DNA of 64,000 bases, from contig CAWISW010000003.1 of assembly GCA_963838925.1 (NCBI GenBank), positions 544,001 to 608,000 of the forward strand, given 5' to 3'. Made by a program: the position numbers and the translations under genes. This stretch comes from an uncultured Nitrososphaerota archaeon. Lineage in GTDB: Archaea; Thermoproteota; Nitrososphaeria; Nitrososphaerales; Gagatemarchaeaceae. Below the pieces are notes generated by a model, which searched no databases, was not told where the DNA came from, and was given only the letters and a program-made list of their open reading frames with translations. This document shows, one piece after another, positions 8,646 to 18,223 of this stretch. Positions within the stretch are counted from its first letter, which is position 1, and every line of letters starts with the position of its first letter.

Positions 8646-10277
8646 CTAGAATACTCCGGCGATGACGCCGTCGTCGCTGAGCGTAATCCTCTCCGCGGCA
8701 GGGGACGACGGGAGCCCGGGCATCCTCGATATCTCGCCCATCTCGACTATCACGTATCCCGCCCCGGCGGCCAGCTCGGCGTCGTGCACCGTGGCGGTGA
8801 ACCCTTGAGGCCTCCCGGCCTTCTTCGGGTCGTCTGAGAGCGAGGTGGCCGTCTTGGCGACGCAGACCGGGATTCCCCCATATCCGAGCCTCGTTATCTT
8901 CTCAAGCTCCGCGGATGCGACCTCGGTGTAAGAGACGCCGTCTCCCCCGTACATCGCCCTTACGATCTTCCCTACCTTGTCGCGGATGGAGTCGTCGAGC
9001 GCGTAGACCGGCCTGCAGGTCCCGCCCTTGCCTGCCTCCTCCACGACGAGCTGGGCCAGGCGCCGAGACCCCTCGCCTCCCTCCGCGAAGGCCGAAATGG
9101 TCGAGAACGGGACGCCCTCTCCCGCGCAAAAGCCGGAGACGGCGCGCACCTCCTCGTCCGTGTCTCCGTCGAACAGGTTCAGCGCGACAACTGGCCTGAG
9201 CCCCAGGGCGCGCACGTTCTCGATGTGCTTTGCGAGGTTGGCCAGCCCGGCTCTCACCGCCTCGGGGTCTGGCCCCTCCGCGACGGGGGGCGCTCCTGCG
9301 TCGGTGCCTTTCCCATGGTGCCTCAACGCCCTGATTGTCGCGACGATGACCGCCGCGTCGACGCCCACACCGGCCACGCGCGTGACGATGTCGATGAACT
9401 TCTCAGCACCGAGGTCGCTCCCGAAGCCTGCCTCAACCACCGCGTAGTCGGCGGACTGCAACGCGAGCGCTATCGAGATCACGCTGCAAGTGCCGTGCGC
9501 GATGTTCCCGAAAGGCCCCCCGTGCACGAGCGCGGGCGTGCCCTCGCTCGTCTGGACCAGGTTCGGCTGGAGGGCGTCCCTCAGCAGGGCCGCCATCGCG
9601 CCCACTATCCTCAGGTCAGCCGCGGTGACGGGCCGCCCATCCTTGGTGTACGCAACCATCATCCTCCCCAGCCGAGACTTCAGGTCCGGGTAGTCCTTGC
9701 TCAGGCAGAGGATCGCCATCACCTCGGACGCGGCCGTGATGATGAACTTCCCCTCGTGAGGGGTCCCGTTCTTGTCCCCCATCGCGACCCTCACCTCTCT
9801 TAGCGCCCGGTCCTCGACGTCGAGGACCCTAGGCCAGAGGATGGCCTCGGGGTCTATGCCCAAGGCGTTGCCGTGGAATATGTGGTTGTCCACAGCCGCC
9901 GCGAGGAGGTTGTGGGCGGAGGTGATCGCCTCCATGTCTCCAGTGAGCCGCATGTTCACCTCCTGCATCGGCTCGAGCGTGGACCTCCCCCCTCCCGCGC
10001 CCCCTCCCTTTATCCCGAAGACCGGCCCGAGGGAAGGCTGCCTGATGCAGGCGACCGAGAGCTTGCCGAGCTTGGCGAGCCCCATCGCGAGCCCGATCGA
10101 GACCACGGTCTTCCCCTCCCCATGGGATGTGGGGGTCATCCCCGTCACTAGCACCAGCTTTCCCCTGGCGGGGCGCCCGAGCGAGGAGAGCGATATCTTG
10201 GCCTTGTACTTGCCGAAGTGAGTCGCGAGCCCGTCATCCAGGCCCAGCTCAGCGACGATTTCTTCGATGAGTCGCAT
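8646..10277 (-). CDS. fhs: Formate--tetrahydrofolate ligase
   Basis: TPTSHGEGKT, RQPSLGPVFGIKGGGAGGG, HGGPFGNIAHG, EAGFGSDLGAEKF and MPGLP motifs. Probable ATG at 10277. Confidence 0.95.
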   Translation of the reverse strand: MRLIEEIVAELGLDDGLATHFGKYKAKISLSSLGRPARGKLVLVTGMTPTSHGEGKTVVSIGLAMGLAKLGKLSVACIRQPSLGPVFGIKGGGAGGGRSTLEPMQEVNMRLTGDMEAITSAHNLLAAAVDNHIFHGNALGIDPEAILWPRVLDVEDRALREVRVAMGDKNGTPHEGKFIITAASEVMAILCLSKDYPDLKSRLGRMMVAYTKDGRPVTAADLRIVGAMAALLRDALQPNLVQTSEGTPALVHGGPFGNIAHGTCSVISIALALQSADYAVVEAGFGSDLGAEKFIDIVTRVAGVGVDAAVIVATIRALRHHGKGTDAGAPPVAEGPDPEAVRAGLANLAKHIENVRALGLRPVVALNLFDGDTDEEVRAVSGFCAGEGVPFSTISAFAEGGEGSRRLAQLVVEEAGKGGTCRPVYALDDSIRDKVGKIVRAMYGGDGVSYTEVASAELEKITRLGYGGIPVCVAKTATSLSDDPKKAGRPQGFTATVHDAELAAGAGYVIVEMGEISRMPGLPSSPAAERITLSDDGVIAGVF

Positions 10278-10328
10278 CTTCCCAGCGCGCGGTATCCCAG
10301 CGCTCCTTATTGTTGGTTCGGAGTGGCC

Positions 10329-10348
10329 GGTTATCCAAAGTGGGAATC
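10329..10348 (+). promoter_or_regulatory. Regulon palindrome site upstream of USP
   Basis: GGTTATCC-AAAG-TGGGAATC, then 11 nt, then TTAAATA; ATG at 10390. Confidence 0.65.
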
Positions 10349-10389
10349 GCCTCGCCTCCTTAAATAAACGGCAAGGCTCTCGGCAGCCC

Positions 10390-10824
10390 ATGACAGAGAT
10401 CATGGTGGCAGTAGACGGCTGCGAGCACTCAGACAGGATCGTGGACACGGCAATCGGCCTGGCCAAGATGATGTCCGCGAAGATCGTCCTCGCCTACGCG
10501 TCGCCCAAGATCGCCGTCCCCGAGCAGTACGTCGACGCCATCAAGGCGGACGAGCCAGACATCGAGGGATACTACCAGGAGTTCTCCGAGAGGATGCTCG
10601 GTGGGCTCGACGAGAGGGTGAGGAAGCAAAAGGTCCCTGTCGAGACGATCTTCGGCACCGGAAACGCGTCCGACTTCATATTATCGAAGGCAAAAGAGAG
10701 GAAGGACAGCATGATAGTCATAGGGGTGCACGGCCTCCACAACCTCGGCAGGCTTCGGGCTCTCGGCAGCACGTCTAGGCGCGTGATCGAGAACTCGTCG
10801 ATACCCGTAGTCGCTGTCCCGTAA
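10390..10824 (+). CDS. Universal stress protein
   Basis: IMVAVDG, IVIGVHG and LGSTSRRV motifs. Confidence 0.9.
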   Translation: MTEIMVAVDGCEHSDRIVDTAIGLAKMMSAKIVLAYASPKIAVPEQYVDAIKADEPDIEGYYQEFSERMLGGLDERVRKQKVPVETIFGTGNASDFILSKAKERKDSMIVIGVHGLHNLGRLRALGSTSRRVIENSSIPVVAVP

Positions 10825-10844
10825 GCTCTAGGCCTGAGGGTCTC

Positions 10845-11048
10845 CATCGCGGATGTGGGGCTCAGCTCGACGGCGACCCTCGCCCCCGGCCCCTCCTTCT
10901 CGTTGAAGAAGTCGATGTTGACCCCCTGCGGCATCGAGGTGTGGTACGTGCAGTCGTACATGACGCTGACCTCCTCGAGCTTGAACCATCCCTCGGCTGA
11001 CTTGCCCGCGCCCGAGACCTTCGCCCTCTGGACCAGCCCTGTGCACAT
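10845..11048 (-). pseudogene. DUF6295-like small protein, apparently 3'-truncated
   Basis: MCT...SGAGK...GWF...YD...NIDFFNE..GPGARVAVELS, then no terminal helix or stop; the frame runs on antisense into the USP gene. Confidence 0.55.
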
Positions 11049-11060
11049 GCCGATGGCCCC

Positions 11061-11846
11061 CTAAGAGCTCCCCGTCGCCGAGAGGTTCTTCTCTAGGAAG
11101 GCGAATATCTTCTTCCAGCCCTCGACTGCCTGCTCCTGCCTGTACGCGGGCTTGTCATAGTAGAAGAAGCCGTGGCCCGCCTTTGGAAACATGTGGAACT
11201 CGTAGGTCTTCCCGAACTTCTTGAGCGCCTCCTCGTGCTGTGCGACCTGCTGGGGAGTGGGGAACTGGTCCTCCTCACCGAAGATGCCGAGAAGCGGACA
11301 AGAGAGGTCCTTGGTGTAATCTATGGGCGCGACCGGGGTCTTGGGGGTGAGCTCAGACGGGGCCATGACAACGCGGCCTCCCCAGCAGTCGACGACCGCG
11401 CTGAAGCCCTTGCTCCTGCAGCCCGCGAGGTAAGCGTGGCGCCCTCCGGAGCACGTCCCAAAGACGCCGACCTTGCCGTTCGACGTTGGGAGCGCGGTCA
11501 CGTAGTCCCTCGCTCCCGCCGCGTCGCCGACCACCTGGTCGTCTGCAGCGCCTCCCGCTGCGCGGGCCTTGGCGGCCACGTCCTCGGGGGACCCGTGGCC
11601 GAAGCGATAGAAGATGTTGGGGCTGATCGCCTGGTAGCCGTGGTGCGCGAACCTCCGCGTGGCCTCGCGATACCACTCGTCCCACCCCGGCATGTGGTTG
11701 ATCAAGACCATCCCGGGGAAGGGGCCAGGTCCCAGAGGTCGGGCGAAGTAGGCGTTGATCACTTCGCCGTTGTATCCCTTCAGCGTCACGGTCTCTGCGA
11801 GCATCCCCTCGTACATGTCCGTCCGATACTGCTGGTGGTGCGACAA
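11061..11846 (-). CDS. Dienelactone hydrolase family protein
   Basis: GTCSGG nucleophile, GEEDQFP and AGHGFF motifs. Confidence 0.92.
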   Translation of the reverse strand: MSHHQQYRTDMYEGMLAETVTLKGYNGEVINAYFARPLGPGPFPGMVLINHMPGWDEWYREATRRFAHHGYQAISPNIFYRFGHGSPEDVAAKARAAGGAADDQVVGDAAGARDYVTALPTSNGKVGVFGTCSGGRHAYLAGCRSKGFSAVVDCWGGRVVMAPSELTPKTPVAPIDYTKDLSCPLLGIFGEEDQFPTPQQVAQHEEALKKFGKTYEFHMFPKAGHGFFYYDKPAYRQEQAVEGWKKIFAFLEKNLSATGSS

Positions 11847-11898
11847 GTCAGCCGCGTCTCAGACCCCCAGCGCTTAAAGGGTTACGAGGCCTTGCCGG

Positions 11899-12642
11899 CT
11901 ACGCTTCCTTCCATCTGGCGTTCCTGGAGACCACCACCAAGAGCACGACGGTGAGGCCGGCAAGGATCGCCCAGTCGATTATCACGCTGGCCTCGCTCAC
12001 CTGCAGGAACCCGGCCGCGTTCTGCATGATCTCGGCCGCGTAGGTGGTCGGAGAGAAGTACGCGAGGTACCTGAACGGGAGCGGGATGTATGTGATGGGA
12101 TAGTAGACGGGCGTTATCGCAGTGAATATCGTCGTGAGGAGCCTCGACCACGCGAAGCTCTGGACGATGTCGCTGGAGAGGGTGGCGAACATGAACCCGA
12201 TGGTGATCGACGTGAGGAACATGAGCAGGAGCGCAGCGGTGAGCTCGAGGGCTTGCACCAGGCCGGGGTGGATGTATATCGCCCCGAGCGCCACCAGTAT
12301 CGCCAGGGCCGGAAGGTTGTAGATTATCTCCGAGGCCGCCATCCCGACCACGTACGCCGCCGGCGAGGCGGGCGAGCTGACGAGCATGTCCTGGAGCTTG
12401 AAGTCGTTCTTCAGGTGGGAGATGTCCCCCTGGAGCGACATCCCGCTCTGGAACATGCTCATGATCAGGCCCCCCTCTATCGCCTGGCCGATCAGCGCTC
12501 CCCTGCTGACGAAGTCTATGACGATCAGGAAGGAGAGGGGGGAGAGCACCGTGTTGACCAGGTTGATCGGGTAATTCTTCATCTCGTAGACGGAGTTGAC
12601 CAGGATCGCCGCGACCAGCTGGCTCGAGAGGCTCCTCTTCAT
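11899..12642 (-). CDS. ABC-2 type permease
   Basis: Six TM segments with a PVYYPITYIP..F.YLAY.SPTTY signature. Confidence 0.88.
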   Translation of the reverse strand: MKRSLSSQLVAAILVNSVYEMKNYPINLVNTVLSPLSFLIVIDFVSRGALIGQAIEGGLIMSMFQSGMSLQGDISHLKNDFKLQDMLVSSPASPAAYVVGMAASEIIYNLPALAILVALGAIYIHPGLVQALELTAALLLMFLTSITIGFMFATLSSDIVQSFAWSRLLTTIFTAITPVYYPITYIPLPFRYLAYFSPTTYAAEIMQNAAGFLQVSEASVIIDWAILAGLTVVLLVVVSRNARWKEA

Positions 12643-13589
12643 GCATGCCAGCCTCCGTCGTTCGAGGCGGCCTCTTGCTCTGCCTGCGTCGACTCCCCCA
12701 CGAGCTGGAAGAATATGTCGTCGAGCGAGACCGGCCCGATCGAGAACTTGGACCCGGCGACCGAGAGCTTCTTCGATATCGCGAAGGCCTCGTCCTCGTT
12801 CGTAAGGATCTGGACCTCGCCGTTCCGGCCGGTCGTGACCTCGCCATGCGAGACGCCGGGCACTAGGGAGTTTGCGGGGAGCTTGACGCTGTATTGGTAC
12901 CTGATCCTGCCGCGGATCGCCGGAACCGACCCGACCGCGACGAGGCGCCCCTCGCCGAGTATCCCCAGGGTGTCCGCGAGCTGCTCGGCCTCCTCAAGGT
13001 AGTGCGTCGTGAGGAAGATGAATCGGTCCTTGGCGAGCTCGCGAAGTATCTCCCAAAAGTCCTTCCTCGAGATGGGGTCGAGGCCCGTCGTCGGCTCGTC
13101 CAGGAATATGATGTCGGCCTCCGAGGCGAGCACCATTGCCGCCAGAGCCTTCCGCTTCGTCCCTCCTGACAGCCTGCGGTTGAGCGTGTCCGCGACCTTG
13201 TCCAGCTTCAGCCTGGCGAGCGACTCTTCGGCCCTCTTCTTGGCCTCCGAGTACTCGAAGCCCCTCCACATCAGATACGTGAGCGTGGCCTGCTTCGGCG
13301 TCATCCACGAAATCGTTCTCGCCTCTTGGGGGACGATGGCTATCCTCTCGCGGAGCCTCTTGTCCTCTTTGACGACGTCTATGCCGTTTATCGAGGCGCT
13401 CCCCGACGTTGGAGCCAGCTCCGTCGCGAGGATCCTGACGAGGGTCGTCTTCCCCGCCCCGTTCCTCCCGATGAGCGCGAAGATCCCTGACGAGGGGGCG
13501 GAAAGGGTCACGTCCTGGAGGGCGAACGTCGCCCCTCCGTACTTCTTGGATAGGCCCTTCGTGATGAGCTGGTCCATTCCTCTCCTCAA
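12639..13589 (-). CDS. ABC transporter ATP-binding protein
   Basis: GRNGAGKTT, LSGG, LDEPTTGLD and TTHYLEE motifs. Confidence 0.95.
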   Translation of the reverse strand: MRRGMDQLITKGLSKKYGGATFALQDVTLSAPSSGIFALIGRNGAGKTTLVRILATELAPTSGSASINGIDVVKEDKRLRERIAIVPQEARTISWMTPKQATLTYLMWRGFEYSEAKKRAEESLARLKLDKVADTLNRRLSGGTKRKALAAMVLASEADIIFLDEPTTGLDPISRKDFWEILRELAKDRFIFLTTHYLEEAEQLADTLGILGEGRLVAVGSVPAIRGRIRYQYSVKLPANSLVPGVSHGEVTTGRNGEVQILTNEDEAFAISKKLSVAGSKFSIGPVSLDDIFFQLVGESTQAEQEAASNDGGWHA

Positions 13590-13727
13590 TCTCTCTGCAG
13601 TTCGCTCGCGCCGCGGGCTCTATTTAATGGAATCACGAGGCGGCCTCTTGTCTCGGGGCTCCGGAGCGCCTGACGGGGGCGCACTTTAGTAAGGGAGCCG
13701 CCCTGAGGCAGAGAGGCGCCGAGTAAA

Positions 13728-14213
13728 CTGGATGGGATTCGAGCCGGCAAGTACATCTTCCGTGCGGCGTACCTCGTCGTCTCTTTGTTCATCCTGCTCG
13801 TCCTCGCCGCCCCCATATTGGGCGCGATCACCCCTCAGGTCTCCGCGCAAAACGAATACGGCTTGGGGGTAAACCTCCAGACCGTCCAACCCCAATTGCA
13901 ACAGGTCTTCTCCTCGGCTTCCAGTCAGTCCGGCCTTTCCTCCGTGCTCACAGTCCCCGCGTTCAACAACTGGTTCCTCTCAGGGAGCGTCACGCTCTCG
14001 CTCAGCCTCGGCGTGAACGGGACCACCCTTTACCAGAGCCCGAAGGCCACCGAGAGCCTGGCGCCCTTCCATTCCGGGGTCGTCAGCCTGCCCATCGACA
14101 TCCCTGCCAGCACGCTACAACAGATGTCTGGCCAGCAGATTAGCGGAGGAGGGCAGATGACAATTCAGGAGGCGGGCTTGTGGACGATCACGGTGAATCT
14201 GGGGCAAGGTTGA
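13728..14213 (+). CDS. Hypothetical membrane-anchored or secreted protein
   Basis: N-terminal hydrophobic helix. The frame is open upstream of TTG 13785 to a CTG at 13728, so the start is uncertain. Confidence 0.65.
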   Translation: MDGIRAGKYIFRAAYLVVSLFILLVLAAPILGAITPQVSAQNEYGLGVNLQTVQPQLQQVFSSASSQSGLSSVLTVPAFNNWFLSGSVTLSLSLGVNGTTLYQSPKATESLAPFHSGVVSLPIDIPASTLQQMSGQQISGGGQMTIQEAGLWTITVNLGQG

Positions 14214-14220
14214 TCTGACT

Positions 14221-14694
14221 TTGGTGAAAATCCTCAAGGGAGTCGCGTCTGCCGCAGTCAACTTCGTCGGCGTGGGCATAGTGGCCCCGTTCGCCGTGAC
14301 CTATCTCTCTCCGCTGATTTCGAAGTACATCGCGCTCCCTCCGTCCTTCGAGATATGGGAGGTCCTCCTCCTCTTCGGCGCGGTCTTCGCTGTCACCGGC
14401 TTTCTCCAGAGCGGATACTCGAAGGGGGACTTCCCATGGCTGTTCGGAAAGATCGGGGGCGGCTTGGCGGGCATCGGCTTCTTCTACTACCTCTTCCTCC
14501 AGCTGCCGAGCTCGGTCGGGTCCGCGGGGGGCGTCGAGAGCTCGGGGCTCTTACTCCTCGTAGGCCTTGCCATCGCTCTCTCCTACGGATACATGGGCTT
14601 CGACTTTTGGGACGCCAGGCGAAAGAACAACGCGACGAAGGCAGGGAGGAGCGGCATGGCCGGCGCGACCCCACCGGCCCCGAGCGGCAACTGA
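14221..14694 (+). CDS. Hypothetical membrane protein (4 TM)
   Basis: 157-aa hydrophobic ORF directly after the previous gene. Confidence 0.75.
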   Translation: MVKILKGVASAAVNFVGVGIVAPFAVTYLSPLISKYIALPPSFEIWEVLLLFGAVFAVTGFLQSGYSKGDFPWLFGKIGGGLAGIGFFYYLFLQLPSSVGSAGGVESSGLLLLVGLAIALSYGYMGFDFWDARRKNNATKAGRSGMAGATPPAPSGN

Positions 14695-14699
14695 GGATT

Positions 14700-14825
14700 C
14701 TACTTCTTCGTCAGCCCGTCGAGGATTTCCTTGGCCCTGTCCATCCTGATCTTCTTCTCTGCGACCAATTGGTCGGCTATCTGGTCGACCATCTTCCCCG
14801 TGGCTCCCACGGACGCTGCGATGTT
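14700..14825 (-). pseudogene. Displaced original 3' end of HMG-CoA reductase (41 codons plus TAG)
   Basis: Translates NIAASVGATGKMVDQIADQLVAEKKIRMDRAKEILDGLTKK*. It is 24/41 identical and ungapped to the current C-terminus NLAANTGAEGKLVDKIADIMIEERKIRFDRAKELFAELSKK. Confidence 0.92.
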
Positions 14826-16081
14826 TCAAGTGTTGGCGCTTATCAACCTCAGGCGGATTCTTCGGCGTGACCGGCGCCCAGCTTTCGATTGACCGCATGA
14901 TTGATCTCTACGTCAATCAAGGTCGGTCGCTTCACGCAATTTCACGCGAGTTTGGACTCCAAAGGAGAACAATAGCAAGAAATCTAAGGAAGAACGGAGT
15001 GAGACTAAGATCCTACGAAGAATCAATCGATCTTCTGAGAAGAGTCCGTCAAGCCGAAGTTGAGAAGATTAGAACAATGTATTCGGTGGACAAGCTGAGT
15101 TCATTGAAGATTGGCCGTAGGTTGGGGATTAGCGGTTCATGGGTGAGGCAAGTTATGGACAGGTCTGGTATCCCTAGGAGGACTGTTTCGCAGGCATGCA
15201 TGCGATTCACTAAGGTTGGTTTTTCAGGCGATGAACACGAAAGGGCCTACTTGATGGGTCTACGGGCAGGCGACCTAAATTCTGCTGTCTATGGAAACCA
15301 AGTCAGAGTAGCTACCTCGACGACTCATCCGGCAATGTGGCGGCTATTGGTTTCGGCATTCGGAAAGAACGGTCGAGTCAACAAGACGGCTGCGAGGAGC
15401 AAACACGGTTTCGGGTGGTTGACCTATGCATATCTCGACAGAAGCTTCGACTTCTTGCTTTCTAAGACTGTTAGTATCCCTAAGGTTTTCCTAGAAAGAG
15501 AGGATTTGTTCCTTAGCTTTCTAGCTGGATACGTTGACGCCGAGGGCTCGTTCAGAGTATATCTCAATTCGACTCACAAGGCGATGTCATTTCGTATCAA
15601 CTCAGAGGACAGACTTCTTCTAAAGGACATTCGTGACGGGCTTCGAAAAATGGGATACCATGTGTATTGGGCGCTCGCAGCAAAACGAGGATTAAACAAC
15701 GGGAAGAGATATCGCCGAAGCCTATGGTCTCTCGGAATGTTTCGTGAATCCGAAATCATTGACCTGATTCAAAAATTGCCGATTCGGCATGACGAGAAGA
15801 CAAGACAAGTACGGCTGCTGTCTTGGAGCGTAAGAAGGAGTTGGGACATCGTAGAGCCTCGGGCAATTGCACTCAGATCTTCAATAAAGAATGAAGTATC
15901 AAGATTCGTGGGAGAAGCCAAGAAAGTCTATCTCTCGAAGCATTCATTGGCTGGATGATTTCTTCGATAACTCAGCAAACAATTCCTTCGCCCTGTCAAA
16001 TCTGATTTTCCTCTCCTCAATCATTATATCCGCTATCTTGTCCACGAGCTTCCCCTCCGCGCCTGTGTTCGCTGCAAGGTT
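14826..16081. mobile_element. Homing-endonuclease insertion carrying a replacement 3' end of HMG-CoA reductase
   Basis: AT-richer segment bounded by two in-register copies of the Asn codon of HARN (16081 and 14825). It contains a LAGLIDADG ORF and the new C-terminus. Confidence 0.85.
14867..15958 (+). CDS. Free-standing LAGLIDADG homing endonuclease with two N-terminal HTH repeats
   Basis: AYLMGLRAGDL and FLAGYVDAEGSF motifs; HTH repeats SLHAISREFGL..RTI..NLRKNGV and SSLKIGRRLGIS..WV..MDRSGIP; atypical codon usage. Confidence 0.9.
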   Translation: MTGAQLSIDRMIDLYVNQGRSLHAISREFGLQRRTIARNLRKNGVRLRSYEESIDLLRRVRQAEVEKIRTMYSVDKLSSLKIGRRLGISGSWVRQVMDRSGIPRRTVSQACMRFTKVGFSGDEHERAYLMGLRAGDLNSAVYGNQVRVATSTTHPAMWRLLVSAFGKNGRVNKTAARSKHGFGWLTYAYLDRSFDFLLSKTVSIPKVFLEREDLFLSFLAGYVDAEGSFRVYLNSTHKAMSFRINSEDRLLLKDIRDGLRKMGYHVYWALAAKRGLNNGKRYRRSLWSLGMFRESEIIDLIQKLPIRHDEKTRQVRLLSWSVRRSWDIVEPRAIALRSSIKNEVSRFVGEAKKVYLSKHSLAG

Positions 16082-17224
16082 CCGCGCGTGGAGCTTCATG
16101 TGCCCCCTCTGGATGCCCTCGGAGGCCAGGGCCCTCAGGGCGGCGAAGTTCTGCGCCAGGCCCACCGCCCCCATGACCTCTGCGAGCTCGATTGCCGTCT
16201 TTATCCCAAGTATCTTCACGTTGACCTTCGCTGCGGGGTGCACCTTCGCCGCGCCTCCCACAAGGCCCACGGCCATCGGCATCTCCAGCGTCCCGAACAG
16301 GTCTCCGTCCTTATTCACCTTCCAGATGGTGAGCGGCTTGTAGGCGCCCGAGCGGGCGGCGTAGCTGTGCGCGCCCGCCTCCAGAGCCCTCCAGTCCTGC
16401 CCGCAGGCGAGCGCGACCGCGCTGACCCCGTTCATGATCCCCTTGTTGTGGGTCGCGCATCGGTACGGGTCGGCGTCGGCAAAGGCGTATGCGAAGAGGA
16501 TGCCCTCGACGACCTCCTCGCCCCCGAGCGCCTCCTTGTCGAAGACCGCGGTCGCCTTCACCAGCCTCCTGTCTGCCAGGTTCGAGATTATCCTGAGGTA
16601 GACCTTCCCCCCGCTGATCGTCTCGACCAGGGGAGCCACCGCCTCGGCCATCGTGTTCACGGCGTTCGCCCCCATCGCGTCGCCGCAGTTGACGAACAGC
16701 TCTACTATCACCATCGGCCCCTTGAGCGTCTCGATGACCTTCACGTTGAGGTCCTTCGCCCCTCCGCCCAGAGACACCAGCATCGGGTCCTGCTCGTTGG
16801 CCTTCGCGAGCAGCGCCTTCTTCTTGGCCATCAGCTTCTTCGCCGCCTTTCGCGGGTCGCGGACTCCCACCGTCTGAATCTGCCCTATCATGATCGGGCC
16901 AGTGTTGGTGACCTTGAACCCGCCCTTGACCCTGGCGATCTTCGCGGCGTTGCTCGCGGCCGCCACCACCGACGGCTCTTCGATGGCCATGGGAACGATG
17001 TAGTCCTTGCCGTTGACCAGGAAGTTCGTCGCCATCCCGAGCGGGAGGGTCATCCCGCCCACGACGTTCTCGATCATCCTGTTCGCGACGTCGCCGGGCA
17101 GCCCTCCCGTGTTGGCGAGGACCTTGACCTCCTCATCGCTCAGCCCTGCGAGCTTCTGCAGGAGCTTGAGCCTGTCCTCCACGCTCAGCTTGTAGAACCC
17201 CGGAATCTCGGATCCTCCCTGCAT
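15944..17224 (-). CDS. hmgA: HMG-CoA reductase, class II
   Basis: IENVVG, PMAIEEPSVVAA, DAMGAN, THNKGIMNG and EGIQRGHMKLHARN motifs. Confidence 0.95.
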   Translation of the reverse strand: MQGGSEIPGFYKLSVEDRLKLLQKLAGLSDEEVKVLANTGGLPGDVANRMIENVVGGMTLPLGMATNFLVNGKDYIVPMAIEEPSVVAAASNAAKIARVKGGFKVTNTGPIMIGQIQTVGVRDPRKAAKKLMAKKKALLAKANEQDPMLVSLGGGAKDLNVKVIETLKGPMVIVELFVNCGDAMGANAVNTMAEAVAPLVETISGGKVYLRIISNLADRRLVKATAVFDKEALGGEEVVEGILFAYAFADADPYRCATHNKGIMNGVSAVALACGQDWRALEAGAHSYAARSGAYKPLTIWKVNKDGDLFGTLEMPMAVGLVGGAAKVHPAAKVNVKILGIKTAIELAEVMGAVGLAQNFAALRALASEGIQRGHMKLHARNLAANTGAEGKLVDKIADIMIEERKIRFDRAKELFAELSKKSSSQ

Positions 17225-17290
17225 CTGTGCTCTAGGGCCGCTTCCCGGCCGACCATGTATTAAGTCTGAGAACCCGAATCTGTCGGCGGG

Positions 17291-18223
17291 TCAGGACGTC
17301 TGGGAGTCGGCCTGGCGCTGGGAAGGGCCCGGCTTGCCCACTATCCCGCGCGACGACAGCTCCCTCAGGATGGCCTTCAGGTCCTGCCCCCTCCCCACGG
17401 CGCTCCTCAGCATTGACACCGCCTCCTTGGTCTCGCCCTGCCGCATCATCCCCAGGGCGAGCCTGAGCTTCAGCTCCGAGCTGTCAGGAGCGAGGGAGAT
17501 CGCCTTCGAGAACTCCCTCGTTCCCCTCTCTAGGTCTCCCCTCGCGAGCAGCTCCTCGCCCGTCTCGGCGTGGGAGTATGCCTCCTGCACCTTGAGCATC
17601 CCCCTTAGCTCCCTCAGGGGCGCGTCGCAGTCCTCCACGCGGAGGTCCAGCAGCCTCCCCTCCCATGGCGTGTTGGTGGGGACTGCGGACACGACCGTCA
17701 CAGCAGCAGACCTGGGGCCGCCCCCCCTCCTGGCTCCCCTCGATGCCTGCTCTCCCGCCTCAAGTGCGGCGACCATCCTCTCCGCCAGCGGCCCCTTCGA
17801 GCTCCGGAACGCGGCCGCCGTCGACCTCCAGACCCTCTTCGCGCCCACGAAGCTGGCCTGGACGCAGAACCCCCTGCCCGCGACGAACCCCGACTCCGGC
17901 ATGCTGCTCTTGCCCGTGTGCGCCGCGGCGCGGCCCCTCGAGTCGATCACCATCACCTGCCTCACGGCCGGGCGCGGGTCCGTCGCGAGGAGGGACTTCA
18001 GCGCCTGGGGCGGGGTCTTCCCTCCCTTCAAGAGGGCCAGCCCGAGCGGACCGTAGGTCGGCTCGACCGTGCCTTGCGCGACCACTACGCCGACTCCAGG
18101 CTCGGCCCAGAGCGTCTTCGGGCCGACCGAGAACGACTGTGAGACGACGGCAGCGCCAATCTCCCCCGACCTCCTGTCGGCCGCGACGATTGACAGGGTT
18201 CCGCCGAGAGGCATCGGGACCAT
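17291..18223 (-). CDS. DUF1028 (Ntn-hydrolase-like) protein with C-terminal TPR
   Basis: TLSIVA.D...GEIG.AV.S, RQV.VID..G..AAHTG and DLRVED motifs; TPR-like tail. Confidence 0.85.
   Translation of the reverse strand: MVPMPLGGTLSIVAADRRSGEIGAAVVSQSFSVGPKTLWAEPGVGVVVAQGTVEPTYGPLGLALLKGGKTPPQALKSLLATDPRPAVRQVMVIDSRGRAAAHTGKSSMPESGFVAGRGFCVQASFVGAKRVWRSTAAAFRSSKGPLAERMVAALEAGEQASRGARRGGGPRSAAVTVVSAVPTNTPWEGRLLDLRVEDCDAPLRELRGMLKVQEAYSHAETGEELLARGDLERGTREFSKAISLAPDSSELKLRLALGMMRQGETKEAVSMLRSAVGRGQDLKAILRELSSRGIVGKPGPSQRQADSQTS

Noticed and set aside
10278-10466. Apparent overlap of fhs and USP N-termini (likewise menC/menF, prs/Hsp20, asnA)
   Set aside because: This is an artefact of longest-ORF start calls. 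Homology-based starts leave normal divergent promoters.
14867-15958. Intein or in-frame intron-encoded endonuclease in hmgA
   Set aside because: The ORF is antisense to hmgA and has no intein splice motifs, and hmgA is complete without splicing.
16088-17263. Long antisense and alternative-frame ORFs (also 4263-5135, 4453-5406, 18508-19734, 19248-20657, 47187-48347, 55257-56165)
   Set aside because: They are shadows of real genes caused by high GC3. They are Arg/Gly/Pro-rich and have no recognisable motifs.
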